In this document: piece after piece, positions 10,292 through 19,511 of the stretch
Layout of the letters: every line of letters starts with the position of its first letter
Position numbering within the stretch: the stretch's first letter is position 1
Assembly: GCA_900314875.1 (NCBI GenBank)
Contig: OMWX01000003.1
Location: 184,729-248,728, forward strand
Source of the DNA: an uncultured Actinomycetes bacterium
GTDB lineage: Bacteria > Actinomycetota > Actinomycetes > Actinomycetales > Bifidobacteriaceae
Reading direction: 5' to 3'
Length of the DNA: 64,000 nt
Made by a program: the position numbers and the translations under genes
Notes under the pieces: generated by a model
What the model was told of the DNA's origin: nothing
Seen by the model: the letters and a program-made list of their open reading frames with translations, nothing else
The model's database searches: none

Positions 10292-11554
10292 TTAATTTGC
10301 CGCCTTGTCTTCCCGCTCTTCCCAGATTCCCGTCAGCTCCAAGTCGCGCACTGCACGCGCGGGATTTTCGGTCAGCACGGTTATATGCCCCATTTTTCGG
10401 TTGTATTTTGCGTCTGTTTTGCCATAGTCGTGCACATTCCATTCGGGATGTTCAGGCGTTTGAGCGCAAACCGCTTCGCAGTGCTGTCCCAAAACGTTTA
10501 TCATTACGGCCGGGCTTAAAAGTTTCGGCCGGCGCAATGGTCTTCCCGCAATCGATCTTATATGCGCATCAAACTGATCCATATCACAGGCTTCTATCGT
10601 GTAATGCGCAGAATTATGCGGTCTGGGAGCCAGCTCGTTGACAACCAGTCCGTCAGAAGTAACAAACAGCTCTGCGGTCACGGTTCCCGCAAGTTTGAAT
10701 CCCTGTGCAAGCTTCAAAGCCAGGTTTTCCGCCTGCCGCGCAATCTCATCAGACACTTCGGCCGGCGCTGATGTCGTATGCAGAATATTGTTTTTGTGAA
10801 CATTCTTAACAAGCGGGAATGCGAAATATTCTTCTCCGTCGCCAAATACGGTTACGGATGCTTCGAACTTAAAATCAACGAATCCTTCAAGAATCGAGAC
10901 AGGGAATTTTTTTTCGCTCTGCCCCGCATTGCCCCAAACATCGCTTGTTCTAACGGTTTCCAAGTCTTCAGGGGTTTTAAGAACCTGCTGCCCGTGCCCG
11001 TCGTATCCTCCGCGAGATGTTTTCAATACTGCCGGATACCCGATTTTTTCAATTTTTTCGCTAAGCTCTTCAAACGATTCGACGCTTTCCCATCGCGCAG
11101 TTTTCACGCCGCACGAGTTGATGAACGTTTTTTCGGCAATTCTGTCCTGGGTTGCGCGCAAAATCTCAGTTCCCTGAGGAATCGCGACAATATCTGCAAC
11201 GTTGTCAAGCGCGTCCGCGTCAACATTCTCGAATTCGTATGTAAGAACATCGCAGCGTTCCGCCAGCTGCTTTATCGCTTCCCTGTCGTCATAGTCGGAA
11301 ACTATTTGAAAATCGCCGACTTGCGCTGCGGGACAGTCTTCTGTCGGATCGAGAATTCCGATTCGAAAACCCATATATTTTGCGGATAATGCCATCATTC
11401 TGCCAAGCTGTCCGCCGCCGACTATGCCGATTGCGGCTCCCGGCTTAAGATACGGAACTGACGAAGCGGTTTCAGATTTTGCCTGTGATGACTTTATCTG
11501 TGATGATTGAGCTTGCGCTGCTTGAGACTGCGCTGCTTCAGATGAGGTCGGCAT
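10292..11554 (-). CDS. purK: N5-carboxyaminoimidazole ribonucleotide synthase
   Basis: [15 protein letters not shown]-grasp N-terminus. I chose the internal ATG at 11554 (MPTSSE...), which overlaps the purE stop by 17 nt. The stop TAA directly abuts the downstream Fur-family ATG. Confidence 0.9.
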   Translation of the reverse strand: MPTSSEAAQSQAAQAQSSQIKSSQAKSETASSVPYLKPGAAIGIVGGGQLGRMMALSAKYMGFRIGILDPTEDCPAAQVGDFQIVSDYDDREAIKQLAERCDVLTYEFENVDADALDNVADIVAIPQGTEILRATQDRIAEKTFINSCGVKTARWESVESFEELSEKIEKIGYPAVLKTSRGGYDGHGQQVLKTPEDLETVRTSDVWGNAGQSEKKFPVSILEGFVDFKFEASVTVFGDGEEYFAFPLVKNVHKNNILHTTSAPAEVSDEIARQAENLALKLAQGFKLAGTVTAELFVTSDGLVVNELAPRPHNSAHYTIEACDMDQFDAHIRSIAGRPLRRPKLLSPAVMINVLGQHCEAVCAQTPEHPEWNVHDYGKTDAKYNRKMGHITVLTENPARAVRDLELTGIWEEREDKAAN

Positions 11555-12077
11555 TGGAAGCCTCCGCCATTTCTTTGAGTTCCTGACGATAATCTGCCAG
11601 GGATTGCGCGAGTTCTGCATCTGTTACGGAAAGAATGCTGACTGCCAGAAGAGCCGCGTTTACGGCTCCGGATCGGCCGATTGCGGTTGTCGCGACGGGG
11701 ATTCCGCCGGGCATCTGCACGATTGACAGAAGCGAGTCGAGTCCTGAAAGCGCTCGGCTTTGCACGGGAACTCCGATAACGGGCAGCGTGGTTTGTGCGG
11801 CTATCATTCCGGGAAGATGAGCTGCTCCCCCGGCTCCGGCGATGATTGCGCGAATGCCTTTATCTCGGGCGGAATGCGCGAAGTCGGCCATAAGGTCGGG
11901 AGTGCGATGCGCGGAAACGACCTGTTTGACGTAGGGCACGCCGAAACGCTCGAGAGTATCGCAGGCATTTTTCATGGTCTCCCAGTCGCTGGAAGAACCC
12001 ATAACCACTGCGACCAAAGGTGTTTCAGCAGTTTCGCCTGCGCTTGCGCTCTGCGTTTTTTCCTGTGAAGATGTCAT
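11538..12077 (-). CDS. purE: N5-carboxyaminoimidazole ribonucleotide mutase
   Basis: [18 protein letters not shown] and [11 protein letters not shown] are canonical PurE class I motifs. Confidence 0.93.
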   Translation of the reverse strand: MTSSQEKTQSASAGETAETPLVAVVMGSSSDWETMKNACDTLERFGVPYVKQVVSAHRTPDLMADFAHSARDKGIRAIIAGAGGAAHLPGMIAAQTTLPVIGVPVQSRALSGLDSLLSIVQMPGGIPVATTAIGRSGAVNAALLAVSILSVTDAELAQSLADYRQELKEMAEASNADLI

Positions 12078-12364
12078 TTTTCCTCCGCAATCAGACCTTA
12101 ATTCAGCATGAAATATTTATGTATTTATTATACCCGTCCGCCTGTTCATATCTGTTTGACTTTCATGCTGAGACCGGCTGTTTGTTTTTGCAGAGAAACT
12201 TTCACAGTCTTAATATCTTTCTTCCCTTGTTTTAAGCCGAAATCGGGATTTGTACAAGGCTTGTTTTATCCTGAAATGTTCAGCTTCGGGCAATCAATTT
12301 TGACAGCCCGCCGCAGAACGCCGTTAAACACTAAACACGAAAAATCGTTCAAAAAGGAGCGAAA

Positions 12365-15300
12365 ATGACAGGCGAATCCTTCGCAAAGAAAACAAACAAA
12401 ACACCCAAATACAACGATTATGCCATTTCTTTGGACATCGGAAACGGTTCTTGCGGATGGTGCGCAATAGAACCGAATTACAGACTTTTGCGTTTGAAAG
12501 GCAAGAATGCCATAGGAGTTCGCCTGTTCGATCCCGCTCAGACCGCCGCAAAACGCCGAGGATACAGAACCGCGCGTCGCAGACTTTCCCGCAGAAGATG
12601 GAGACTTCGTCTGCTTAACGAGATTTTTGCAGAGGAAATTAACAAAATCGATAAGAATTTCTTTGCTCGGCAGCGTTATTCGTGGGTTCACAAGGATGAT
12701 GAAAACAACCGCGAAAACTGGTACGGAAGCTCTCTTTTCGGAGACAAAAAACGCGATATTCAGTTCCATAAGGATTACCCGACTGTTTACCATCTTCGCG
12801 AAAAATTAATGAATGACGACGAAAAACACGATTTGCGCGAAATATACTTTGCCATTCACCATATTTTGAAGTATCGCGGACATTTCATTACCGAAGGCAG
12901 TCTGAAAGCCGCAACGGAAAAATTTGAAGCAAAAGATATAGAAAAACTGTTCAAACATTTGTACAAAAATCTGTGCAAATCTGTCGAAAAAGAATATTCC
13001 GAATACAAAGAAGATTCAGACTCTGACGAAATCATCAAAGAACTTGATTTGAAGAAGTTCACTGAAATAATCTGCAATTTTGACAAAACAAAAGCAGAAC
13101 GAGAAGAGGAAGCCAATAAATGCGTTACCGAAAGCGCAAAATTCAAAAGCCTTAAAAAGGAAGATAAATGCAGAGCAGACGCTCTGGAAAAATTATGCGC
13201 TCAAATTATTAAGGCTTTGTTTGACTACAAATGTGATTTTCGCAAGATTTTGGGATACGACGCAAAAGATGAATCTTTACAGGAAAAATTCAAATTCAAT
13301 ATCTCTGCAGAAGGAAAAATCGATGCGTTATATGAAGCAATTTCCGAAGAAGAATGCGTTTTAATAGAAGAAGTCGAATCTGCTTACAGCAAATTTACTT
13401 TGATGAAACTGCTCGGAGATTGCAAAACAGTCTCAGAATCAATGATTGCCAAATACGATTTGCACAAGGAACAGCTGAAATTCGTAAAACAGCATTTTGC
13501 AAACACTGCAGAAGACAAGAAAGAATTCAAAAATAATTATCGCGCAATAATAGGTATCGACGAAGAAAAAAACGACGAAGAAAAAGATAAAGCAGCAAAG
13601 AAAGATAAACCAGTAAAGAAAGATAAAGCAGTAAAATATTTCGGCGACAAAATATGGGAACTGTATAAGAAGCAGAATCCCGAAGCGGATGATAAAGCAA
13701 AAACTGTCAAATGTTTTGGAATTTTCACCTTCAGCAAAGGCAGTCTCGAGGACAACAGTCTGTTTCCCGTGCAGCGCGGAACAGACAACGGAGTCATACC
13801 TCATCAGCTTCATCTGATCGAATTGCAAAAAATCATTGAAAAACAAGGCAAATACTATGATTTCTTGCGAGAAGCCGTTTCAATAAAAGACAAGGACGAA
13901 AACAAACTGGAATGTCTTTTGAAATTCAGAGTGCCTTATTACGTCGGACCGCTTGTTTCTCCCGGCGATATGAATAACGGCGACAACAGCGAAAATCACT
14001 GGATGGTCAGAAAAAATAACGAAACAATCACGCCGTTTAATTTTTATAAAGTCGTAGACACGTCAGCTTCCGCACAAGAGTTTATAAACCGTCTGACGGG
14101 AACGGACTCATATCTTTTGGGAGAACCGACTCTTCCGAAAAATTCACTGCTTTATCAGGAATACGAAGTTTTAAGCGAAATAAACAACATTCGCATAATT
14201 GGAAATAACAGCAGAAAAAGACTGAATGAAAATCAAAAAGATGCCTATTTCGATCTTTTTAAAAATCAAAAAAGGGTGACAAAATCTGCTGCATTGAACA
14301 AAGCGGAACTGAAAAAAGATGGCGATGTCATAACCGATTTTACAGGTTTGTCAAAAGAGACCGAATTTGCAAGTTCTTTGTCGTCTTATCATGATTTGAA
14401 GAAAGTTTTTGAAGATGATTTTATTTGGAAAAACCGGGATTTAATGGAAAAAATCATTGAAATTCAAACGGTTTTTGAAGATAAAGATTGCCGTGAAGAA
14501 CAATTGCGCAATCTTAAAATCCTAAGTGAACAAGAAATCAGTCAGCTGAGCAAAATTCACTACACAGGCTGGGGAAGATTTTCAAAAAAACTTTTGAGTT
14601 CAAAAGTCATAAACTGCAATCTGAAAAATGATCGGACAGATGAAAAACACAGCGTTATTGAAATTCTTCGAGATCAGGCAGTTAATTTCATGGAGATTTT
14701 AACCAACCGCGATAACGGTTTTCAAGAATGGATTGAAGATCAGAACAAGCTGCAAAAAGATAAAACCGTCAATGATCTTATTGACAATATTGCCGCCGAC
14801 CCCAAAGTAAAACGAGGCGTCAAACAATCCATTGCCGTAATTGACGACATTATAAAAGCAAATAACGGCAAAGCACCCGAACGCATTTTCCTGGAAATGG
14901 CTGACGATCCTCAGCCCGGAGACGAAATAACAAAATCCAGAAGCAAGCGAATTAATAAACTCTACGAAAATTGCAAAGACATCCCGGATTATCTGAAAAA
15001 ACAATTAAAAGACAATGATTATAAAAACAGACTCAGCGACAAACGATATGCTTTGTATTTCTTGCAGCAAGGAAAAGATATGTACGACACGGAGAAATCC
15101 ATAGACATAGAAAAAATTTCCTCGCATTATGATGTCGACCATATTATTCCGCGCGCTCTTACTACAAACAATTCCTTGGATAATCTTGTTTTGGTTTCGA
15201 GAGCCGAAAATGCCCGAAAAAGCAAAGCAGCCGTGCTCGATCGCGAAATCATCAAGAAAAATAAAGGCTTTTGGGAAGGATTGCTGAATAATAAACTGAT

Positions 15301-16726
15301 TTCGCAAAACAAGTTCGATAATCTTTGCAGAGACAAAGAGTATTCTGAAAAGGAAAAGGAACGGTTTGTCAGCCGTTCTCTGGTTGAAACGCGCCAGATT
15401 ATCGCAAATATCAAGTCAGTTCTTAAAGCAAAATATCCCGATATCGACATTATCGGCTTAAATTCGCAGGTAACAAAAGATATGCGCAAATATTTAGGCT
15501 ACGCGATAAAAGACAGGGATATCAACGATTATCATCATGCGCAAGATGCTTTCTGTCTCGGAGTTGCGGGTCAGTTTGCGCAGAATCGCGTATTTTTTGA
15601 GCGAGGTCAGATTACGAACAGCTTGGGAGATTCATATAATATCTTCTACGAAAAATATGCGAAGAATATGAAAGAGAAAACTAAGGAAGGAAATAAAGTT
15701 GCTTCTTTAGGATTTATTGTCGGTTCCATGCAGTCCGAAAACGACGAACTGAAAACCAATAAAACAACAGGCGAAATCTGCTGGAGCGAAGAAGATAAAA
15801 ATTATGCCCGAAAAGTCATGGGATACAGCAAAATGCTTGTCACCAAAAAACTTGATTTCGACGGCGAACCCGCTTTATACAATGAAACCAGATACAAAAG
15901 AGACATCGGCAAAGAAATTCCTCTTGATAAGTCAAAAACGGCAAAGACTTCTGACGGAAAATATTTATACGGAGGTTTCGATTCCAAAAAAGTTGCTTAC
16001 ACGTGTCTTTATTTCGATAAGAAAAAGAAGAAAACATATCTCGGAGCAGTTTACACTCTGGACTTACCTCTCGCAGAAAAGGAAGGAGTACAAAAATGTT
16101 TGGAAAACAATGGGATTGACTGCATTGTTCTTGGTGAAAGATTATCTAAAGGACAATTGATTATAAAAGACGGTCATAGAACAACAATTTCTTCAGCAAC
16201 AGAATTAAATAATTTTCAACAGCTTTATTTAGACAAGAAAACCTATGAATTTATTCATTTTGTCGTAAATTCCAACACCTTGAACGAATTGAAACAGAAA
16301 CTTCAGAAAAACAGCAATTTAGAATTTTTGCCTGAAGACTCTGTCATAATAAACAAACTCAGAGATTCCTTTATACAAATACTTGCAAGCATTGCTGCAT
16401 ACTATCCGCTGTTTACGCAAATTCAAACAAAAAAGAAACAAGACGAATATCTTAAACAGTTTGATGAACATTTTGCTTCCGGATTAGGCAACACAGTGTA
16501 CAGCGATATAAAAGATTTTTACAAAAATTTGATCGAGGGCATGCATGCAAACAAAACGTGCAAAACCATAAATAAAGGATTAACCAAATCAATTGCCTCT
16601 TTTGGTCGATATCAAAGATCTTCGATAGAACTTGCTGATTCCGACATGATTATTTACCAGTCTGCAACGGGACTGTTTGAAAAGCGCGTTGCTGTCGGAG
16701 AGTTGAAGAAGCTGAAAGGATTGTAA
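12365..16726 (+). CDS. cas9: Type II-A CRISPR endonuclease Cas9 (1453 aa)
   Basis: RuvC-I is YAISLDIGNGSCGWCAI. The Arg-rich bridge helix is RRGYRTARRRLSRRRWRLRLL. RuvC-II is IFLEMAD. HNH is YDVDHIIPRALTTNNSLDNLVLVSRAENARKSK. RuvC-III is NDYHHAQDAF. It is followed by cas1-cas2-csn2 and an array. Confidence 0.95.
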   Translation: MTGESFAKKTNKTPKYNDYAISLDIGNGSCGWCAIEPNYRLLRLKGKNAIGVRLFDPAQTAAKRRGYRTARRRLSRRRWRLRLLNEIFAEEINKIDKNFFARQRYSWVHKDDENNRENWYGSSLFGDKKRDIQFHKDYPTVYHLREKLMNDDEKHDLREIYFAIHHILKYRGHFITEGSLKAATEKFEAKDIEKLFKHLYKNLCKSVEKEYSEYKEDSDSDEIIKELDLKKFTEIICNFDKTKAEREEEANKCVTESAKFKSLKKEDKCRADALEKLCAQIIKALFDYKCDFRKILGYDAKDESLQEKFKFNISAEGKIDALYEAISEEECVLIEEVESAYSKFTLMKLLGDCKTVSESMIAKYDLHKEQLKFVKQHFANTAEDKKEFKNNYRAIIGIDEEKNDEEKDKAAKKDKPVKKDKAVKYFGDKIWELYKKQNPEADDKAKTVKCFGIFTFSKGSLEDNSLFPVQRGTDNGVIPHQLHLIELQKIIEKQGKYYDFLREAVSIKDKDENKLECLLKFRVPYYVGPLVSPGDMNNGDNSENHWMVRKNNETITPFNFYKVVDTSASAQEFINRLTGTDSYLLGEPTLPKNSLLYQEYEVLSEINNIRIIGNNSRKRLNENQKDAYFDLFKNQKRVTKSAALNKAELKKDGDVITDFTGLSKETEFASSLSSYHDLKKVFEDDFIWKNRDLMEKIIEIQTVFEDKDCREEQLRNLKILSEQEISQLSKIHYTGWGRFSKKLLSSKVINCNLKNDRTDEKHSVIEILRDQAVNFMEILTNRDNGFQEWIEDQNKLQKDKTVNDLIDNIAADPKVKRGVKQSIAVIDDIIKANNGKAPERIFLEMADDPQPGDEITKSRSKRINKLYENCKDIPDYLKKQLKDNDYKNRLSDKRYALYFLQQGKDMYDTEKSIDIEKISSHYDVDHIIPRALTTNNSLDNLVLVSRAENARKSKAAVLDREIIKKNKGFWEGLLNNKLISQNKFDNLCRDKEYSEKEKERFVSRSLVETRQIIANIKSVLKAKYPDIDIIGLNSQVTKDMRKYLGYAIKDRDINDYHHAQDAFCLGVAGQFAQNRVFFERGQITNSLGDSYNIFYEKYAKNMKEKTKEGNKVASLGFIVGSMQSENDELKTNKTTGEICWSEEDKNYARKVMGYSKMLVTKKLDFDGEPALYNETRYKRDIGKEIPLDKSKTAKTSDGKYLYGGFDSKKVAYTCLYFDKKKKKTYLGAVYTLDLPLAEKEGVQKCLENNGIDCIVLGERLSKGQLIIKDGHRTTISSATELNNFQQLYLDKKTYEFIHFVVNSNTLNELKQKLQKNSNLEFLPEDSVIINKLRDSFIQILASIAAYYPLFTQIQTKKKQDEYLKQFDEHFASGLGNTVYSDIKDFYKNLIEGMHANKTCKTINKGLTKSIASFGRYQRSSIELADSDMIIYQSATGLFEKRVAVGELKKLKGL

Positions 16727-16730
16727 AATT

Positions 16731-16760
16731 AAAAATCCCTCCCGTTCGGGAGGGATTTTT
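16731..16760. terminator. Bidirectional intrinsic terminator after cas9, also the 3' end of the antisense tracrRNA candidate
   Basis: aaaaatccctccc-gttc-gggagggattttt is a perfect stem with a 4-nt loop. It is flanked by an A-tract on one side and a T-tract on the other. Confidence 0.8.
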
Positions 16761-16900
16761 TAATAAGACCATAAGGTCGACTAAAAGTCTTTATAGCTTA
16801 TAGCCAAACTCATTGCTTGACTCATTGCTTGATTTCAACTTGTGTCCGTCATATCAGCCAATTAGAACACATACTTCGGAACTGCGACCAACAGTTCCTT
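16731..16900 (-). ncRNA. tracrRNA candidate, antisense and between cas9 and cas1
   Basis: Plus-strand 16831-16870 (gatttcaacttgtgtccgtcatatcagccaattagaacac) resembles the CRISPR repeat, with a 19-nt exact core at 16842-16860. A minus-strand transcript would therefore carry the anti-repeat. Downstream on the minus strand are small hairpins and the 16731-16760 terminator. An extended -10 (TGgTATAGT, minus strand, 16905-16913) lies upstream. Confidence 0.6.
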
Positions 16901-16927
16901 AATAACTATACCACACAAGGAGGTCTT

Positions 16928-17803
16928 TTGGCTTGGAGAAATGTTGTCGTGACGAAACATTCGAAGATTACGGCAAAAATGCAGCATATTATCGTGCAGA
17001 CAGACGGCGAAGTTTTTCAGTTTCCGCTTTCGGATATCGGAATTGTCCTTATCGAAACGACAAGAGCAGTCATATCAACCTATGCCCTGTCCCAGTGCGC
17101 GAAAAACCATATCAAAGTCATTTCATGCGATGAGAAAGGAATGCCCATAAGCGAAATAACTCCCTACGCATACAACAAAAACAGGGTCGCAAACCTGCGC
17201 AGTCAAATACAGTGGAAGCAAAGCGACAAAGACCGGCTCTGGCAGCATGTCGTAAAACAGAAAATACTCCACCAGGCGGCAGTCCTCGAACGGTTCGAAC
17301 GTCCGGGAACAGAAGAGATCAAAGCGCTTGCCGACGAAGTGACGACAGGAGATCCGAACAATCGCGAGGGAGTTGCGGCACACATGTATTTTCCCCGACT
17401 GTACGGATACGAGTTCACCCGCGAAAATTCAGAAAATTCGCTTAACCCGATGCTCGACTACGGCTACGCGATCGTACTGTCCGAAGTTTCCCGTCAGATT
17501 TGCGCACACGGATACTTAACCGAATTCGGAATCCACCACTGCAACGACAAAAACCCGTTCAACCTGGCATGCGATCTGATGGAACCGTTCCGCCCGTTCG
17601 TCGACACGCGAGTCAAACAGCTGGAAAACGATTTTCTTAAACCGGAAACCAAAGTAAAACTGGTCGAACTCATGCGCGAAGACATTCCCGAACTGAACAC
17701 GACAGTCACGAAACTGATTGACCGGTTCGTCCGAGACAGTCTGGCATTCCTGTCCAAAGGCAAAGATTTGCCCGAATTCAAAGCAGTTCGGGAGCAAAAA
17801 TGA
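16928..17803 (+). CDS. cas1: CRISPR integrase Cas1 (type II)
   Basis: An in-frame TTG at 16928 lies 5-6 nt after AAGGAGG. It gives (M)AWRNVVVTKHSKI, which is collinear with the MAGWRTVVV start of streptococcal type II Cas1. The ATG at 16817 in the ORF track would translate through the anti-repeat. Confidence 0.9.
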   Translation: MAWRNVVVTKHSKITAKMQHIIVQTDGEVFQFPLSDIGIVLIETTRAVISTYALSQCAKNHIKVISCDEKGMPISEITPYAYNKNRVANLRSQIQWKQSDKDRLWQHVVKQKILHQAAVLERFERPGTEEIKALADEVTTGDPNNREGVAAHMYFPRLYGYEFTRENSENSLNPMLDYGYAIVLSEVSRQICAHGYLTEFGIHHCNDKNPFNLACDLMEPFRPFVDTRVKQLENDFLKPETKVKLVELMREDIPELNTTVTKLIDRFVRDSLAFLSKGKDLPEFKAVREQK

Positions 17804-18120
17804 GGTACAGAGTCATGCGGGTAATGATATTTTTCGACCTTCCCGTCAAAACTGCCGCACAGCGGAAAAACTACAGAATTTTCAGGAAAAAACTTCTGGA
17901 GGAAGGATTTCTTATGATTCAGGAATCAGTGTACGTGCGAATAGTCGTCGACCGCGATTCCGCGCGATTTTTAGAAGAGCGGGTAGCGGGATTCGCTCCG
18001 CCGAAAGGCATTGTCCAATCGCTTATCGTAACGGAAAAACAGTATGCTTCCATGCGATTTTTCGTCGGCGGACAGTCGACGGACGTGAGAAACTCCGACG
18101 CAAGGACGGTTGTCATATGA
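17800..18120 (+). CDS. cas2: CRISPR-associated endoribonuclease Cas2
   Basis: 106 aa, starting MRYRVMRVMIFFDLPV with a ferredoxin-like pattern. ATGA overlap with the cas1 stop. Confidence 0.9.
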   Translation: MRYRVMRVMIFFDLPVKTAAQRKNYRIFRKKLLEEGFLMIQESVYVRIVVDRDSARFLEERVAGFAPPKGIVQSLIVTEKQYASMRFFVGGQSTDVRNSDARTVVI

Positions 18121-18785
18121 TTAAAACGATTTACGCTTATCCTTTCGAACCGATGGAACTGGAAAAGGGAATGAACGTCATCGCACTGGACTCGCCCGAC
18201 ACGCTCTATCAATTCGTTTCGGGATTGAAAACGGAAAAAGACAATTTTGTTATCGCCGACGAGGAAGACCAGACGATTCCCATCGAGAAAAACGTGCTGT
18301 TCGTCGGAGACCCGGCAAACGACATCGATTTAGAAAAACTGTATTTAAGATCGTCAATACAAAAGCTGATTTCCGGGATGGATTTGGATGAGATTCACAA
18401 TATTAAAGCCAAATTCCTCATGTTTCACGAGTCTGTCGGCGCGGCTTTCGTCAACTCGGATATTCCGCTGGGATTAAACGACGAGGAAGAATACGAACTG
18501 AAAACAATGATTTCTTGCCTGAAACCGCATTTTATTTTCCCGCAAGTCAGCTCTTTTTATGATGTTATCCAAACAGTATTGGACACGGCGGGCGCATTGT
18601 GCGAAAAACGAACGATTGTGCTGATGAACGCGTGTCAATATTGTTCGCCCGATCAGGTACAATATTTACAGACAGATATTTTGAGACAAGATTTACAGGT
18701 CATATGCCTGGAGCGAAATGACCGTCGCATTGATATGTCGGGAGTAAGGAACCTTTTTGTCGACAAGGATTTTGTGCAATTTTAA
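18117..18785 (+). CDS. csn2: Csn2 (type II-A signature protein), 222 aa
   Basis: The ATG at 18117 overlaps the cas2 stop (ATGA). Size, position (cas9-cas1-cas2-X-array) and acidic, Csn2-like composition fit. The upstream part of the 355-aa track ORF is out of context. Confidence 0.8.
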   Translation: MIKTIYAYPFEPMELEKGMNVIALDSPDTLYQFVSGLKTEKDNFVIADEEDQTIPIEKNVLFVGDPANDIDLEKLYLRSSIQKLISGMDLDEIHNIKAKFLMFHESVGAAFVNSDIPLGLNDEEEYELKTMISCLKPHFIFPQVSSFYDVIQTVLDTAGALCEKRTIVLMNACQYCSPDQVQYLQTDILRQDLQVICLERNDRRIDMSGVRNLFVDKDFVQF

Positions 18786-18815
18786 GAAAATGCTCAGGAT
18801 TCTTTAAGGCTATAG

Positions 18816-19511
18816 GTTTCAGGTGTCCGTCATATCAGCCAGGTAGACCACAAGCCTCGCCGCTACCCCAACCCATCTTGTGTTTCAGGTGTCCGTCATA
18901 TCAGCCAGGTAGACCACCCATTATAAGGTGTTCGCAACCTACGGTAAGTTTCAGGTGTCCGTCATATCAGCCAGGTAGACCACATTTTGTCTGAGATCCA
19001 ACCCCACATGCCGGTTTCAGGTGTCCGTCATATCAGCCAGGTAGACCACGGAGCGGAAGGATGGTATTCTACGCCCTCCGTTTCAGGTGTCCGTCATATC
19101 AGCCAGGTAGACCACTGCGTTAAAATGTTTGTTTGAATGGTTTTGGTTTCAGGTGTCCGTCATATCAGCCAGGTAGACCACTTTCAACAAGATTGAACAC
19201 TAATAATAACAGTTTCAGGTGTCCGTCATATCAGCCAGGTAGACCACAAGGGCGGTAGCCTTTCTTCTTCAGTTTGCGTTTCAGGTGTCCGTCATATCAG
19301 CCAGGTAGACCACGTCGACCGTGCTTTTTTTACTACGCTCACTGTTTCAGGTGTCCGTCATATCAGCCAGGTAGACCACAGCATTTCGACAATTACAGGC
19401 AAAGCGTTGGTTTCAGGTGTCCGTCATATCAGCCAGGTAGACCACACGAATTAGCAAAAACTCTTTCACAGGCTGGTTTCAGGTGTCCGTCATATCAGCC
19501 AGGTAGACCAC
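18816..19511 (+). CRISPR. CRISPR array with 11 identical 36-bp repeats (GTTTCAGGTGTCCGTCATATCAGCCAGGTAGACCAC) and 10 spacers of 30 bp
   Basis: Repeats start at 18816, 18882, 18948, 19014, 19080, 19146, 19212, 19278, 19344, 19410 and 19476, an exact 66-bp period. I indexed every unit by hand and all repeats are identical. Confidence 0.97.

Noticed and set aside
12133-12154. Repeat-like fragment cccgtccgcctgttcatatctg upstream of cas9, as a possible second anti-repeat
   Set aside because: Only gtccg and tcatatc match, separated by a 5-nt insertion. No downstream structure or terminator is present. The 16831-16870 element is far better.
16817-16927. ATG-initiated N-terminal extension of cas1 given in the ORF track
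   Set aside because: It would translate through the anti-repeat/tracrRNA region and has no SD. The in-frame TTG at 16928 has a perfect AAGGAGG and yields the conserved (M)AWRNVVV start.
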